DNA of 56,250 nt, counting the filler, from Syncephalis fuscata S228 (taxonomy: Eukaryota; Fungi; Zoopagomycota): NCBI GenBank assembly GCA_025786725.1. It is 3 parts of 3 records of this genome, joined end to end, with 100 filler letters (N's around TTAATTAATTAA, not from the genome) between each part and the next. Parts side by side here need not be neighbours in the genome. Positions count along the whole stretch, not along the records: positions 12,369 to 43,379 come from JAHLTZ010000087.1; 2 more parts are not named here. The stretch is one strand, 5' to 3'. This document shows, in pieces, positions 12,369 through 25,087 of the stretch; the first letter of the stretch is position 1, and each line of letters opens with the position of its first letter. The notes below the pieces were generated by a model, which had not been told where the DNA came from, made no database searches, and worked only from the letters and a program-made list of their open reading frames with translations. The position numbers were made by a program, and so were the translations under genes.

Positions 12369-12659
12369 TATGGACCGCAATGGCAGATCACTTAGCAACA
12401 GCTTTGCTATTTCAACAATACAGCAGTGCACTTTACTACTGTTGTTACTACTATATGTATACGGCAGCCAGTACGATGATGTGTTGGCGATCTATAGCAA
12501 ATCAAAGTATACATCAGTTTTGGCAATATATAGACTGTATACTGTGCTAAGAATTATAACAACTAAAAAGACTTTTGACTGCATACGGCTTATATGCTAG
12601 TATATGTGTTAGTATATAATCATAATAAGTAATAAGTATTATTAAATAGATAAACGATA

Positions 12660-13220
12660 GTAATAAATAAATGCTAATCCATATTATTATTGCTGTTGTA
12701 AAGTACTCAAAGCATTATAATTTGATTATTTAATATCACTTACTATCCACTATCATGCTCAATAGAAAGAAGGTTATTAAATTCAGTCATCTTAACCACA
12801 AATCATACTGAATAATTAATAATTTAATTAAATGTATAATAATGTTAAATGACATACAATATTTATATAATAATGCAGTTTATTTAACTTAATTAACGTA
12901 TTAAAATTAAAAGTTAGAAATGAAATGGTACATAGTATGTATATATTGGTGCAACAACAACAATTGCAAAACGATATGGAACCATGATTATATGGCTTCT
13001 ATTAATATTCGATCAATCTTTCTACACATAGCCAACAACAATAATAGTTAGCCTTAAATGTTTCAATAAAATCGAATAGTATACTACATTATGTATTTAA
13101 AACAATCTATTAACAGCATTTTAATAGAAAGCAATACAGTTATGTTGCGTATAACAATGGTATAACTCTGATTGGAACGAATTTTGCTTTGAAGACTCAA
13201 ACTGTGAGAGTCAAAATACA
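12660..13220 (+). repeat. Diverged third copy of the repeat that flanks gephyrin
   Basis: Matches 19756-19860 and 20340-20612 in direct orientation with many substitutions. Confidence 0.75.
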
Positions 13221-13492
13221 ATTTAATCATAAAATATTACTATTTTACTCAATTGCCTGATAATAGCATTGGTAACTTGTCGTAATAAATATATAATTTC
13301 ATTTGCAAACATATTATAATCAGTATTAGAACTATCATTATTATACAGTCAGCATGATAAAAAGGCGTTACCATAAAACGTATTCATCGATAAATAAAGA
13401 AAATAAATCCATAGATTTATTGAAAATCAAACGAAATAGAAGTAGTGGGGATATGTGCAAATAGAATCAGCCTATGGATAATGAATAGACGG

Positions 13493-13958
13493 TTACGCCT
13501 CCTTTTTGTTATTATTAACAACAATGGGCACTATTAAGGGGATTAGTAAATGCTAATATTATTCACGATATCAATCGACTCTTACCAATAATCACAATAA
13601 GTAGAATGATAACAATAGCACAAATAATAAGTCGTAGTTTCATGTCCTTCCACCACATACGACGCTCCACTTGCTTGGCTCCTTTCTTAAATTGACCTGC
13701 CGCTTCATTCAAGTGTTCTAGCGGTGTTTATTTCGGACACCATGCAACAATACACTATTAGTGGTGCATCTAGAGAACAAGGAATCGGCCATACTTACCC
13801 GCCTTTTGTTCAATGTCTGCCAAGACTTCTCCTCGATTGACGGCTAAATCGATATTTTCCTTCATGATCCCCTTAAGCTCATCAGCCTGATTCTGCAAAT
13901 GTTTAACTTTGGAATCGGGCTGAGCAGCCTGAGGCGGACGTGTGGTGGCGTAGGACAT
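13493..13958 (-). CDS. SNC1: Synaptobrevin/VAMP R-SNARE (3 exons: 13958-13799, 13717-13586, 13530-13493)
   Basis: MKENIDLAVNRGE (zero-layer R), QFKKGA..RRMWWKDMK, C-terminal TM; GT-AG introns. Confidence 0.93.
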
Positions 13959-15295
13959 GTTGGCGGCCGTTAGTAGAAGATAGCAAGCAGCGCTAAATGA
14001 AATATACTAGTATTGGCCGGCTATGGTGTTAGTGGAGAGTGGCGATGAAAAACAGAAGCTGAAGCACAAATAGGTACACGTCAAAGACACAAGCTGTGCG
14101 CAGAATGCAGTAAGGAGAAAAAAGATGGAAAGCAATACTTACTATTGCTTAGTACTGATATGCACAAATAGTAGTATGAACAAGGCTTAAAGTCACGCGG
14201 CCTGTAGAACAAGCCAAGAAAACGAGTATGCAAGAAACTGAATTAAACAGATTCGGCTGGAAAGATATGCTAGAAAGAGATCAACGAAAGAAGTGTACTT
14301 GCGTGATGGCCAGGATAACTCATCAGGTGATGCCAACTTATGTCTGATTTCGAAAGGCCATGCCAAGCTTTTTCATTTACCATTACAAAAGATTCTAAAA
14401 TAGCAATAAACATTTAGCCAACTAAAACTACTTTATATACACTAACTTTATCCTTTGTTCTTTAACAATTTTATTCAATAAAAATGGCGGTAAACACCCG
14501 CTTAAACAGAAAAATCAATATTTTAAATAGCTATCTTAATGATTATTGTTATTGTTACGCTAATAAACGCGGATTGTATCATTTTATATTTAACGTCGTT
14601 TTTAAAAGCCTGTGAATTTTATTATTCTATATTATACCAAAACGCTTTATTTATTATATACTCCAATACAATTTACTCAATGCACTCATTGCGTTATATG
14701 CATTATAACTTCGGTACTAATATCTACGTTTTCCATTTTATATTTACTCTACTATATACTACTTTATGCTTATTTGACCTTACTCTATTCAAGATTGTTG
14801 CTTTTTGCTTTTAGATTTATTACTAATTAGTTTTAGCTTATTTTGGCCAGTTTACTCACCAAACAATATACACTATATTTTCAACACCGTTATTACTGTT
14901 TTTTTGTCGTTACATATTCATATCGTAATATATTATTCTATACTTACTGTATCTTGTTTACTCAGTAATTTTATATGCTTAACCTTAGATTATTAGTTAT
15001 AAATTTTGTCTTATTTTACTCATTGAGCTATACGTACTGATAGAATAAAAAATATGTGCATTGTGAGCTTAATGATTTATTAAAATTTATATTAAATTTG
15101 TTGTTTGTAAGTAATTATTATTGAGCTGTTTAACGCCAGTTGGTTGTGGATTTAATACTATCCAGGTTAATGGATATTTATCCATAATATAAGAATGCAA
15201 TTATATTTGTTAATACATATAATTAATGTAGGTACAATAATATACTACTATTATTGGCACTGTTATATACAACAAACATAGCTATAATGTTTTAA

Positions 15296-16207
15296 TTTGA
15301 TTTCTTTATAACATTTGAGGCCTATCATTGTTGTTGTTGACCATGTGTAAAAAGATTGATTGAATATTAATAGAAGTCATATGATTGCGATCCCATATCG
15401 TTCCGTATTAATTGTTGTTACATCTATCTACAACATGGATTATTGCATCTGAATGGTCTCTTCTATTTTCTAATATTCTACTATTGCATTGTGGGCATAT
15501 TTGTGCTGTAAGATCAAGATTAATATAATTATTATAAAAGTCGTTTGTTAAACAGCCACTTTTTTATAGTCAGTCTGACTAAATAAATGACATTTTGAAC
15601 AATTAATAGCATAATGACAATATATATATATTAAAGCAATAATAAAGATAGCTAATTAACTACATTATTGTATTGATAATTACACATGAATTAATTAATG
15701 TTGGATGCAGTAATATACATGTTATAATGATGAATGGGTGTTTAATTGCATTTAAGTGTTAAGGTGTGAAATAAGTAAATAAAAATATAGGAGTTAAAGT
15801 AAAATAGTTTACTAATATTAAATAATATATTAGTAGACTTATGTGATTCGGTGTCAAAAGACCAAAATTGATATTCTTTACTTGATTAAACTACATATTT
15901 GTTATTCTACCAAACATGGAACTGGATGGTGAGTTGTAGTAAATATCGAAATTACAATGCTTTGAATACTTTACAGCAACAATAATATGGATTAGCATTT
16001 ATTTATTATATTGTATTATAAGCGACATGAAAATACTACAACATTTATCAACACTAATATCAAATATTGAAAATAGTGCAGAGTAACCAAGACTTTGATT
16101 GATTCAATTGGAGTTGATGTGGCACTACAACAAATAACATTTCTCAGTATTAAAAACTGATCGACGGTTTATTTGAGTTATGGATCTTTTTATCCTTCAG
16201 TTTGAAG
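15296..16207. repeat. Left arm of 912-bp inverted repeat
   Basis: Reverse complement of 19557-20468; same length, and no mismatch in the segments compared by eye. Confidence 0.95.
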
Positions 16208-17022
16208 GATAGGGCGTCAAAGTACAATAGCTCCCGGCTAATAAATAATAATGTGATACGATGGCCACATGATTTTAAAAAGCATTAGTGCCTGCATGTT
16301 CGCAGTTTCATTAGAGCATTGCCAAATATAGTAGTCATTTTTACAACCACATGATAAATATTGTCCACGCGTATAGATGCGTGTATGTATGTATGTGTGT
16401 GTGTGTATGTACGCGTGAGCCTTTATGCGTCTCTATGCTTGTATATTAATGCGCACTGAGCGAGTGCGTGAAAGAGCGCGTGAAGTCAAAAGTTCGTCGT
16501 TTCCATTACGCCTCGTCGCCTTTCAGTTTACCTTTTTTATATCGAATTGTATACCTATTGCACTTACTACTCCACCTAATAGGATCATTCTTTTATATAA
16601 TTAGTTGAAAGTTTATCGATTATTGCAACGCTGGGTCTTTAACGCTCATAGTATATTTCTTTAATTCTCACTTTCTCACTCTCTATTTGTCTATCCATCT
16701 ATCTATCTCTTTCGCCTTTCCCGCTTTCGTCACCTTTTGCCTTTGCCTTGAGTGCTTTTACTGCAACAGCCGTATACAACTTCTTTTCATCATCTGTATT
16801 GACCTTAAGGTGGGTAAAAAATAGAAGATATAGTAATTGGTGTGGCTATTGGTTGCTGCACGGTGACCAACCCGGTATCTTCCACGCCGCCCTTGGCTAG
16901 CGCAAGAGCTGGCCATATAAGCCACCCCAACAGCAACGGTTCATAATGTTATGTCTCACTTTCCACTCACGCGCATTCCTTCTATATTTAGTCTGTAAAA
17001 GTATACCACTAGTGAATATATA

Positions 17023-19314
17023 ATGCCTCAAGCAAGATATCACGTCGGTCTATTGACGGGTAAGTTGCACCTAACATGAACGGGTGGGCACAGTAGCTAA
17101 TAATGTCTGAATAACTATAGTGAGCGATAGTGTTTTTGCACAGCAAGCTGTCGATGAGACCGGGCCGGCTGTTGCAGCATTGCTGACCGAAAATAACGAC
17201 GAGGTCAACAACTGGCTTATTACAGCTCGCTCGTGTGTTCCCGACGATGCCGATCAAATTCAAGGCACTATTAAACTATGGACGGGCCATAGAAAGTTGG
17301 ATTTAGTACTTACCAATGGTGGTACTGGCTTTGGCCAGCGTGACGTAACACCTGAGGTGAGAAATACACATAATATGATAAAATGGCATGGTAATATTAA
17401 TACTAATAGCAATAATTACGTTAGGCTATTCAACCACTTTTAACAAAAGTTGCCTCGGGTCTAATGATGTCCATGCTGACGTCAGGCCTGCAAGTAACAC
17501 CATTTGCCGCACTTTCACGCCCCATTTGTGGCATTCGTGGCAATACTGTTATTATCACACTACCAGGTTCGCCAAAAGGTGCGCTAGAAAATCTATCTGC
17601 TTTGCTTCCTATTTTACCGCATGCACTTGAATTGGCACGCGGTACGACAAGTTCACGGGCAGCGCACGATTCGATGCATAATCCTGCTATGCCAGCCGGT
17701 CCAGGTTCATCGCCAGCTGCGCTTTCGCCTACTTCGGCAGCTGCTTATGGCTCACTTCGTATTCCTTCGCATACAGTCATTGGCGCGCTACCTCGTACGT
17801 CGCAAGCCAATGTCGCAGGCACACTTCCACGCTCAGTCAGTCCAATTCCACAATTGAATCAAAATGCACGCACACTTACTTCGCCAGGTATGTAAACGAT
17901 ACGATAATATACACAGCAGTGTAATTAATTTATTCCATATATATATATATAGTCAATCGTCTACGTGTTTCACCCTATCCACTAACACCAGTAGGCGATG
18001 CATTAGCACTTGTTCATGAGTATGCTAAACGCCTGCCTCCTATTAATGTTGCACTAAGTACCAACATTGCTGGCGCAGTAGTCGCTGAAGACATCCATGC
18101 ACGCGAAGCAGTACCTGCCTATCGCGCATCGACCATGGATGGTTACGCGATTAATGGTAGGTTAATTAAAAACATATACATGAATATACTTTTTACTAAT
18201 ATATTATGCTATTTATTTAGCAACTGATGGAGCTGGTACTTTCCCGGTCTTCGAGTACGTAGCACTAGCAGGAACAGAGCCATTATCATTACCTAGTGGA
18301 TATATTGCCCGTATTGCTACGGGCGGACCTTTACCTGAAGGAGCTAATGCAGTCGTTCCAATAGAACACTCAAAGCTTATTAAAGCATCAAGTGATAATC
18401 AAGGAGAAGAACTCGTTGAATTGTCACGCACTGTCCAGCCAGGTGAAAATGTTCGTGAAATTGGTTCTGATGTCCAGAGTAACGAAATTATTTTACATAC
18501 CGGCGATACCATTACTGAAGTTGGCGGTGAAGTTAGTTTACTGGCAGCTAGCGGTGTTGGTCAACTGGCTGTTTATCGTCGCCCAGTCGTTGGTGTTATG
18601 TCAACTGGTAATGAGGTTGTAGACGTTGGTGCAGGTGGCCCACTTCATATGGGACAAATCCGTGATGCAAATAGACCATCGCTTCTGGCTGCTGTCCGTG
18701 CCGCTGGATTTGAAAGCGTCGACCTTGGCGTTATTCCCGATCATCCTGACCATATTGAGGCTGGATTACGTAGTGCCTTGGAGCGTGTCGATGTACTCAT
18801 TACTACGGGTGGTGTATCTATGGGCGAGGCCGATATTCTTAAGTCAATTTTGGAGACCCGTTTACGTGCAACCATTCACTTTGGCCGCGTATTGATGAAG
18901 CCAGGCAAGCCCACAACTTTTGCTACCGTGCCTGGACGTACACCTTCCGACGCTACTAAACTGGTCTTTGCACTGCCAGGCAATCCAGGATCAGCGCTGG
19001 TTACATTCCATCTCTTTGCAGTACCAGCACTTCGTCGCATGGGCGGTCTTAACAATCCAGGTCACACGATGATGCGTGTAAAACTGACACATGACGTGCA
19101 ACTTGATTCAAGACCTGAATATCATCGTGCACTTGTACGAGTGACTGAAGATGGCACCGGCTTTGTTGCCACAAGTACCGGCGATCAGCGCAGCAGTCGT
19201 ATGGCAAGCGTACGTGGAGCAAATGCTTTACTGCAGCTACCGTTAGCAAGCGAACAAGCACGATCTCTTAGCAAGGGCGATTTCGTAGATGCACTCATTA
19301 TTGGGCGTATCTAA
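17023..19314 (+). CDS. cnxE: Gephyrin/CnxE molybdenum cofactor biosynthesis protein (MogA-MoeA fusion; exons 17023-17059, 17121-17356, 17425-17887, 17953-18156, 18221-19314)
   Basis: VGLLTVSD, GGTGFGQRDVTPE, LPGSPKG (G domain); SPYP, MDGYA, STGNE, TGGVSMGEAD, KPGKP, LPGNP (E domain). Confidence 0.96.
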
Positions 19315-19556
19315 TTGTTATCGTCATATCGCAGCCATATAGCATGAATCAACGCTCTTATCCTTCTTATTACTTAACAATTGTTTTTTTGCTATCGTGT
19401 AAGCTTTTCGCATGCATGTTTTAGCTTTTTCCATGATTCATGGTATATCATTTATTCTCTGATCTGTTCTGTGTGAACGTTGTAGACACATATCTACAAT
19501 AGGTTGCTGTTGTCGTCTATGACCTTATATGGTGCTACTTTACTTTGTGCCCTTAG

Positions 19557-20468
19557 CTTCAAACTGAAGGATAAAAAGATCCATAACTCAAATAAACCGT
19601 CGATCAGTTTTTAATACTGAGAAATGTTATTTGTTGTAGTGCCACATCAACTCCAATTGAATCAATCAAAGTCTTGGTTACTCTGCACTATTTTCAATAT
19701 TTGATATTAGTGTTGATAAATGTTGTAGTATTTTCATGTCGCTTATAATACAATATAATAAATAAATGCTAATCCATATTATTGTTGCTGTAAAGTATTC
19801 AAAGCATTGTAATTTCGATATTTACTACAACTCACCATCCAGTTCCATGTTTGGTAGAATAACAAATATGTAGTTTAATCAAGTAAAGAATATCAATTTT
19901 GGTCTTTTGACACCGAATCACATAAGTCTACTAATATATTATTTAATATTAGTAAACTATTTTACTTTAACTCCTATATTTTTATTTACTTATTTCACAC
20001 CTTAACACTTAAATGCAATTAAACACCCATTCATCATTATAACATGTATATTACTGCATCCAACATTAATTAATTCATGTGTAATTATCAATACAATAAT
20101 GTAGTTAATTAGCTATCTTTATTATTGCTTTAATATATATATATTGTCATTATGCTATTAATTGTTCAAAATGTCATTTATTTAGTCAGACTGACTATAA
20201 AAAAGTGGCTGTTTAACAAACGACTTTTATAATAATTATATTAATCTTGATCTTACAGCACAAATATGCCCACAATGCAATAGTAGAATATTAGAAAATA
20301 GAAGAGACCATTCAGATGCAATAATCCATGTTGTAGATAGATGTAACAACAATTAATACGGAACGATATGGGATCGCAATCATATGACTTCTATTAATAT
20401 TCAATCAATCTTTTTACACATGGTCAACAACAACAATGATAGGCCTCAAATGTTATAAAGAAATCAAA
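19557..20468. repeat. Right arm of 912-bp inverted repeat
   Basis: Reverse complement of 15296-16207. Confidence 0.95.
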
Positions 20469-20876
20469 CAGTATGCTATATTGTTTATTTAAAGCAATTT
20501 ATTAATGGCACTTTAATAAAAATTAATATAGTTATGTTGCATATAATAGCGACATGACTTCAATTAAACGAATTTTTTGCTTTAGGGGCGCAAAATGTGG
20601 GAGTCAAAATAAAGTCCAACCCAGTTTTCAATGTGTTAAACATTCATTGCTTTTAGCATGATTATACATTAATCATCATTTTAGAACTAAATATTAATAA
20701 TAAACTCTTGTTTATATGGCTGTTAGTATAATAATAATAATTTTATTATTGGTGCTTTTACTATTGTTGTAAAGTACGTAAGTTAATAGTGACACATAAC
20801 AAATAAAGAATATAAGTAGTCCTGCAACTTATATTTTTTGATATAGGCTATTTAACTAAAGAATTAATTATAAAGT

Positions 20877-21488
20877 TTATGGAATACGAAATCCGATCTT
20901 TAGTTTTGAAAAGAGCTGTGGACCATAAGTGGGACTTTGATGGCAAGGTATGATGTAGAATTGAGTACTATCGTCATTGCCTGAAAGACAGTAATCAGTC
21001 GCCAGATTACGAAGCCAGCACCGTTTATAATCATTACAGCCAAGACGCCACATTTGTTTACTATCAACTCGACTTGAGTCGGCCGGGCATCGATTTACTT
21101 TTACTGGACTATGGGATACCATGGCTTCAATACCCAAGCAAAGGTCTTCGCCAATACGGATAGGCTGATAACCTTGTGTAAAATTGCCATCAAACTTCCA
21201 AGTTTGGCCGGGACGCCAGTAATTCTTTGCACATTCATCAGCCACGACTGAATAGTTGGCACCAAGTCCTTCAGCGTATAAACAACGGGTGCTATTAGTG
21301 TTGCCTGTATAGCCAGAGGCCGAGTATTTTGGCGGAGGCAGTTGGCATTTAACATCCGGAAAATTAAGAAGAAATGGCTCTATTCCTGCTTCTGTGGCCG
21401 GCACAGAAGTCAGTACAAGTAAAACCAGTCCTACAAATAATAGAGATAGCTTTACAGCTAAAGAGCTTGTTGTAAAACGACTAAACAT
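20877..21488 (-). CDS. Secreted Cys-rich ricin-B (beta-trefoil) lectin-like protein
   Basis: Signal peptide ending ATEA; three CL...C...QxW/F subrepeats (QTW, QMW, QLF); intronless 203 aa. Confidence 0.7.
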   Translation of the reverse strand: MFSRFTTSSLAVKLSLLFVGLVLLVLTSVPATEAGIEPFLLNFPDVKCQLPPPKYSASGYTGNTNSTRCLYAEGLGANYSVVADECAKNYWRPGQTWKFDGNFTQGYQPIRIGEDLCLGIEAMVSHSPVKVNRCPADSSRVDSKQMWRLGCNDYKRCWLRNLATDYCLSGNDDSTQFYIIPCHQSPTYGPQLFSKLKIGFRIP

Positions 21489-22229
21489 GATTAATTATAA
21501 ACAGACAATGGGAGGGATTTAACTGTAATAAATTAATGGTATTAGAGGCGTGGCTGGGTGGATGTTTATATAAATGATTGTCCTATCGTTTGTATGAGTA
21601 TAATGGTAACGAGCAAGCGTGGACTATTAGGTATAACAAACAATTAAGAACAAAGAGATAAGTGACGACAGGCGAGTAAAGGCAAATAGCCGACAATGGA
21701 TATTAGTTGGTTAATTGGTTGGCTTTAACACATACACGGATGTGCAATACACTATAGTTACTGAACTAGCAGCACTAACCAGAGTAATCGAAATAATAGA
21801 GGATTGCTAAAACAAGGAAGATGAAGAAAAAAGAAAGAAGAAAGAAGACAGTATCAATAAATATGGAACTAAATGGAATGGCAACGAGAGTGGCATGCGG
21901 TTACATTGACAAAGGAAACTACACTCAAGGATTTACATACTGGTGACACGAGCAAACAGGAATATGCATCCAACTTGAATTGTATCATGTTAACATGTGA
22001 CAATGTCTGAACAGCTTTTACTATCAAAACCTGTTTTGTTTAAACTGGTAGTAGTCACCATAGTTTATTAAATAAAAACAATAAAAAAACAAGAAATAAG
22101 ATATGGCTATAGCTAAAGTATTAGATTGTGGAATGTAATTACTGCAAATGCAAGGTGTTAAGTATTTGAGTAAAAACATTTTTAAATTAATTACAATTAT
22201 TTAGTGTGAACAAAACTGGATAATTTATA

Positions 22230-22247
22230 ATTACCAAATATGGTAAT
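22230..22247. promoter_or_regulatory. Mcm1/SRF-type CArG palindrome
   Basis: ATTACCAAATATGGTAAT, the exact reverse complement of 8501-8518. Confidence 0.4.
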
Positions 22248-24652
22248 GCCCATTATTAATAATAGTATTTCTATTATTAGTATCATATTTAATAAACAAT
22301 TAACATATAAAGCTGACTATTTTATTAATCAAATAAACAAATTGCTATTTTTCCTATTCATTTGTAAACGTTAATTGTAATACTTTATGCATAATAGCTA
22401 CGATTGTGATGTGGCTACAGTGTCTTTATATTTCTAATAGCTATTACCATTATAAAGTGTAAAATTTTCTATTTATAATATCTATGGCCACCTTAAGTGC
22501 TTTCAATGTAATTAAGTGCTAAAATTACTGAAATGTAAGTTAAAAGCAATAGCAATAGTTAAATTAATAAAGCGCCACTATAATTATTTATGATTTTACG
22601 TATAACAAAGCAATTTGTCTGTTGTTTTGCACATGTATACACATAACGTGTAAATAGCTGTTGGCAAAGTATGTCGTGATTGTATTGTGTGATGGTATAG
22701 TTATCATGATGATACGCTAATAAATGTATAAAATAGCAGTTTTTACCGTTTATGACATATATACTTCAAATACAGCAAAATGGTTTTCAGATTCGAGTTC
22801 TCTATGCTTGGATGAATCGTTTGGTATAAAATATAGAACAATTGTTGGTGTTTGATATTCTGGACAGGATTCTGTGAAAGTGTGCTAAGATATATATTGT
22901 GTAATTGGATAACCAGTTAAAATCGCATGTGATCGATTACAAGAATAATATATCTATCAAATATTAGTATCGATTACTAGTAACAAACGTCTATTACAGC
23001 AATATGACGAGTAGCTACTTGTTAGTTGTGGGCATATGAGCAGTCATCTAAACTAGCATGCTGCGTTAATGATGAAATACTACAAATACTCAAGTTCTAT
23101 TATTAGTTATATTTACTATATAATGATAGCTTTATTCAATATCAATATAAATTGCTAGTTGCTAATTTTATTTTATTTCTAGTTAGTGTCATACATGCTA
23201 TTCAGTCTACTATAATTAAATCATAATAATAAATTATAAATATAAACAGTTTATTATCAAACAATATTAAGCAGCCAGAACATAATAGAAAAGACCCAGG
23301 TAGATTGAAATACACGAAATATATGTAGCAAATTGCTGTCCAGCTTGTTTTTATAGCTACTGCTTATTTACTACTTCAATCATGCTAAACTACATTTTAC
23401 AATGGCCATGTAATGCTATTATTCAATAAACAAATAGGCAATATCAAGCAGTAGTAGGCAGCTGAAACGATTGAGTCATAGCATATCGTTGTTTTATCTA
23501 AACAAATATTAATTATTTGTAAAACTTGTTATTTATCATATTCAGTTAGTAGCAGGCTGTCAAGTGGATGTAGATATTCAGGGTACATGTTCAAATACCG
23601 CACTTTCTTAGTCGATTTACTTGCCCTTAGTTTATGCCAATTGTATCTCCATGCTATCTCTTCATTATTATTATCTTTTTTAAAGACATAAGCGGTATAT
23701 AACTACAAGTAGTGGAAATAAATTGTTTATTGACAGTTGTACTAAAGAATCGACAAAAATTGCTTGCTGCTATTGCCAGTAATGCGAAAAGTGTCTTGAA
23801 TTTAGCGCCGATAGTATTGCCAGAGACTTGAACCATCCGTACCTGTCATAAATGTATTTATACCTAATGGTTGCACTGTCAATATTCTACTTATGCCATG
23901 TGCTCATTATTGATATCATATGGCTTCTAGCAAGTGATGGTTCAGTTGGTGATATTCAGCTATAAACAAAAATTAGCGCTGCATTCAATTGTGGATTCCT
24001 AATTCCAAATAGTAATCATGATGATAACACTACTGTTTTGATATCGTAGTCATGCTGTTGTGTTGAAGTAATTAAAATATATTATATGACTAAACAGCAT
24101 ATCATATATGAATAGCCGCAAGAGTGATATACTGAACATCAATACCGATTACCAATAGAGTAACCACTAAGATAATATAGGTAATAAACATTTGTTAAAT
24201 GTGGATATGAACAGTCAAATAAAACGATACGCTGCATTTAAAACAAAAAATGCAACTTATTTAGATTCTATCATTAGCTATATTTTCTATAAAAGAATAG
24301 CTTTATTCAATACTAATAAAAAGAGCTATTTCTAATTTCATCTTACCTTTTTAGTGTCATTCAGTTATTCACTTTATTATAGCTAAATTGTAATAAATAG
24401 CAACTAACGAGAAATAAGATTAGTATAAAAAACAATATCAATCAATTAATACATTGTATTCTAAAGGTTAAAATAGCGCTTTTAGTAAATATCAGAAATT
24501 AATGTTATAGGATAACACAGGATAAAATGTTGCTTGGTATATAAGCCACGATCTTTAAACCAAATCTATAAAAGTAATTATAATTGCAAGTTATATTTAT
24601 TATAAGAAATAATAATACGATAGTATTATAATATCAGGAATAGAAAAGATGA

Positions 24653-25027
24653 TTACTTGTTATTATTGCCAGTCGATACAAATGCATGTTGTAATAGCAT
24701 ACTAGCAGCAGGACGACTCTCCGTATCTCTGTTATTATATTGTTATTGTAATTAATACAAATAAACAATTAAATCATTATATTAATACACTTACAAGCTA
24801 AATGTATCTTTAAGGAAATCTTGTGCATCTTCAGATATGTTACGCGGTATTTCTGGTGATTCATCCGATCCAATCTATATTAATAAGTAGATCACATAGA
24901 CTATAAGAACTTATCCTGATTAGTATCCATATTACTTACTTTGAAGATTGCTTGCATCTGTGCTAGATTAGGGAATGGATGATCACCGGTAAACATTTCA
25001 ACAACAAGACAGCCAAGACTCCTATAA

Positions 25028-25087
<60 letters not shown>

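Noticed and set aside
14539-14996. Hydrophobic short ORFs in AT-rich DNA (also 10792-11004, 39501-39871)
   Set aside because: Compositional artefacts of T-rich intergenic or leader sequence; no motif.
15296-20468. Composite or Pack-type transposon carrying gephyrin
   Set aside because: No target-site duplication, no transposase, and homology fades gradually beyond the identical core.
23105-24410. Diverged direct repeat of about 110 bp (23125-23230 vs 24297-24400)
   Set aside because: Short, AT-rich, no termini or coding content to interpret.
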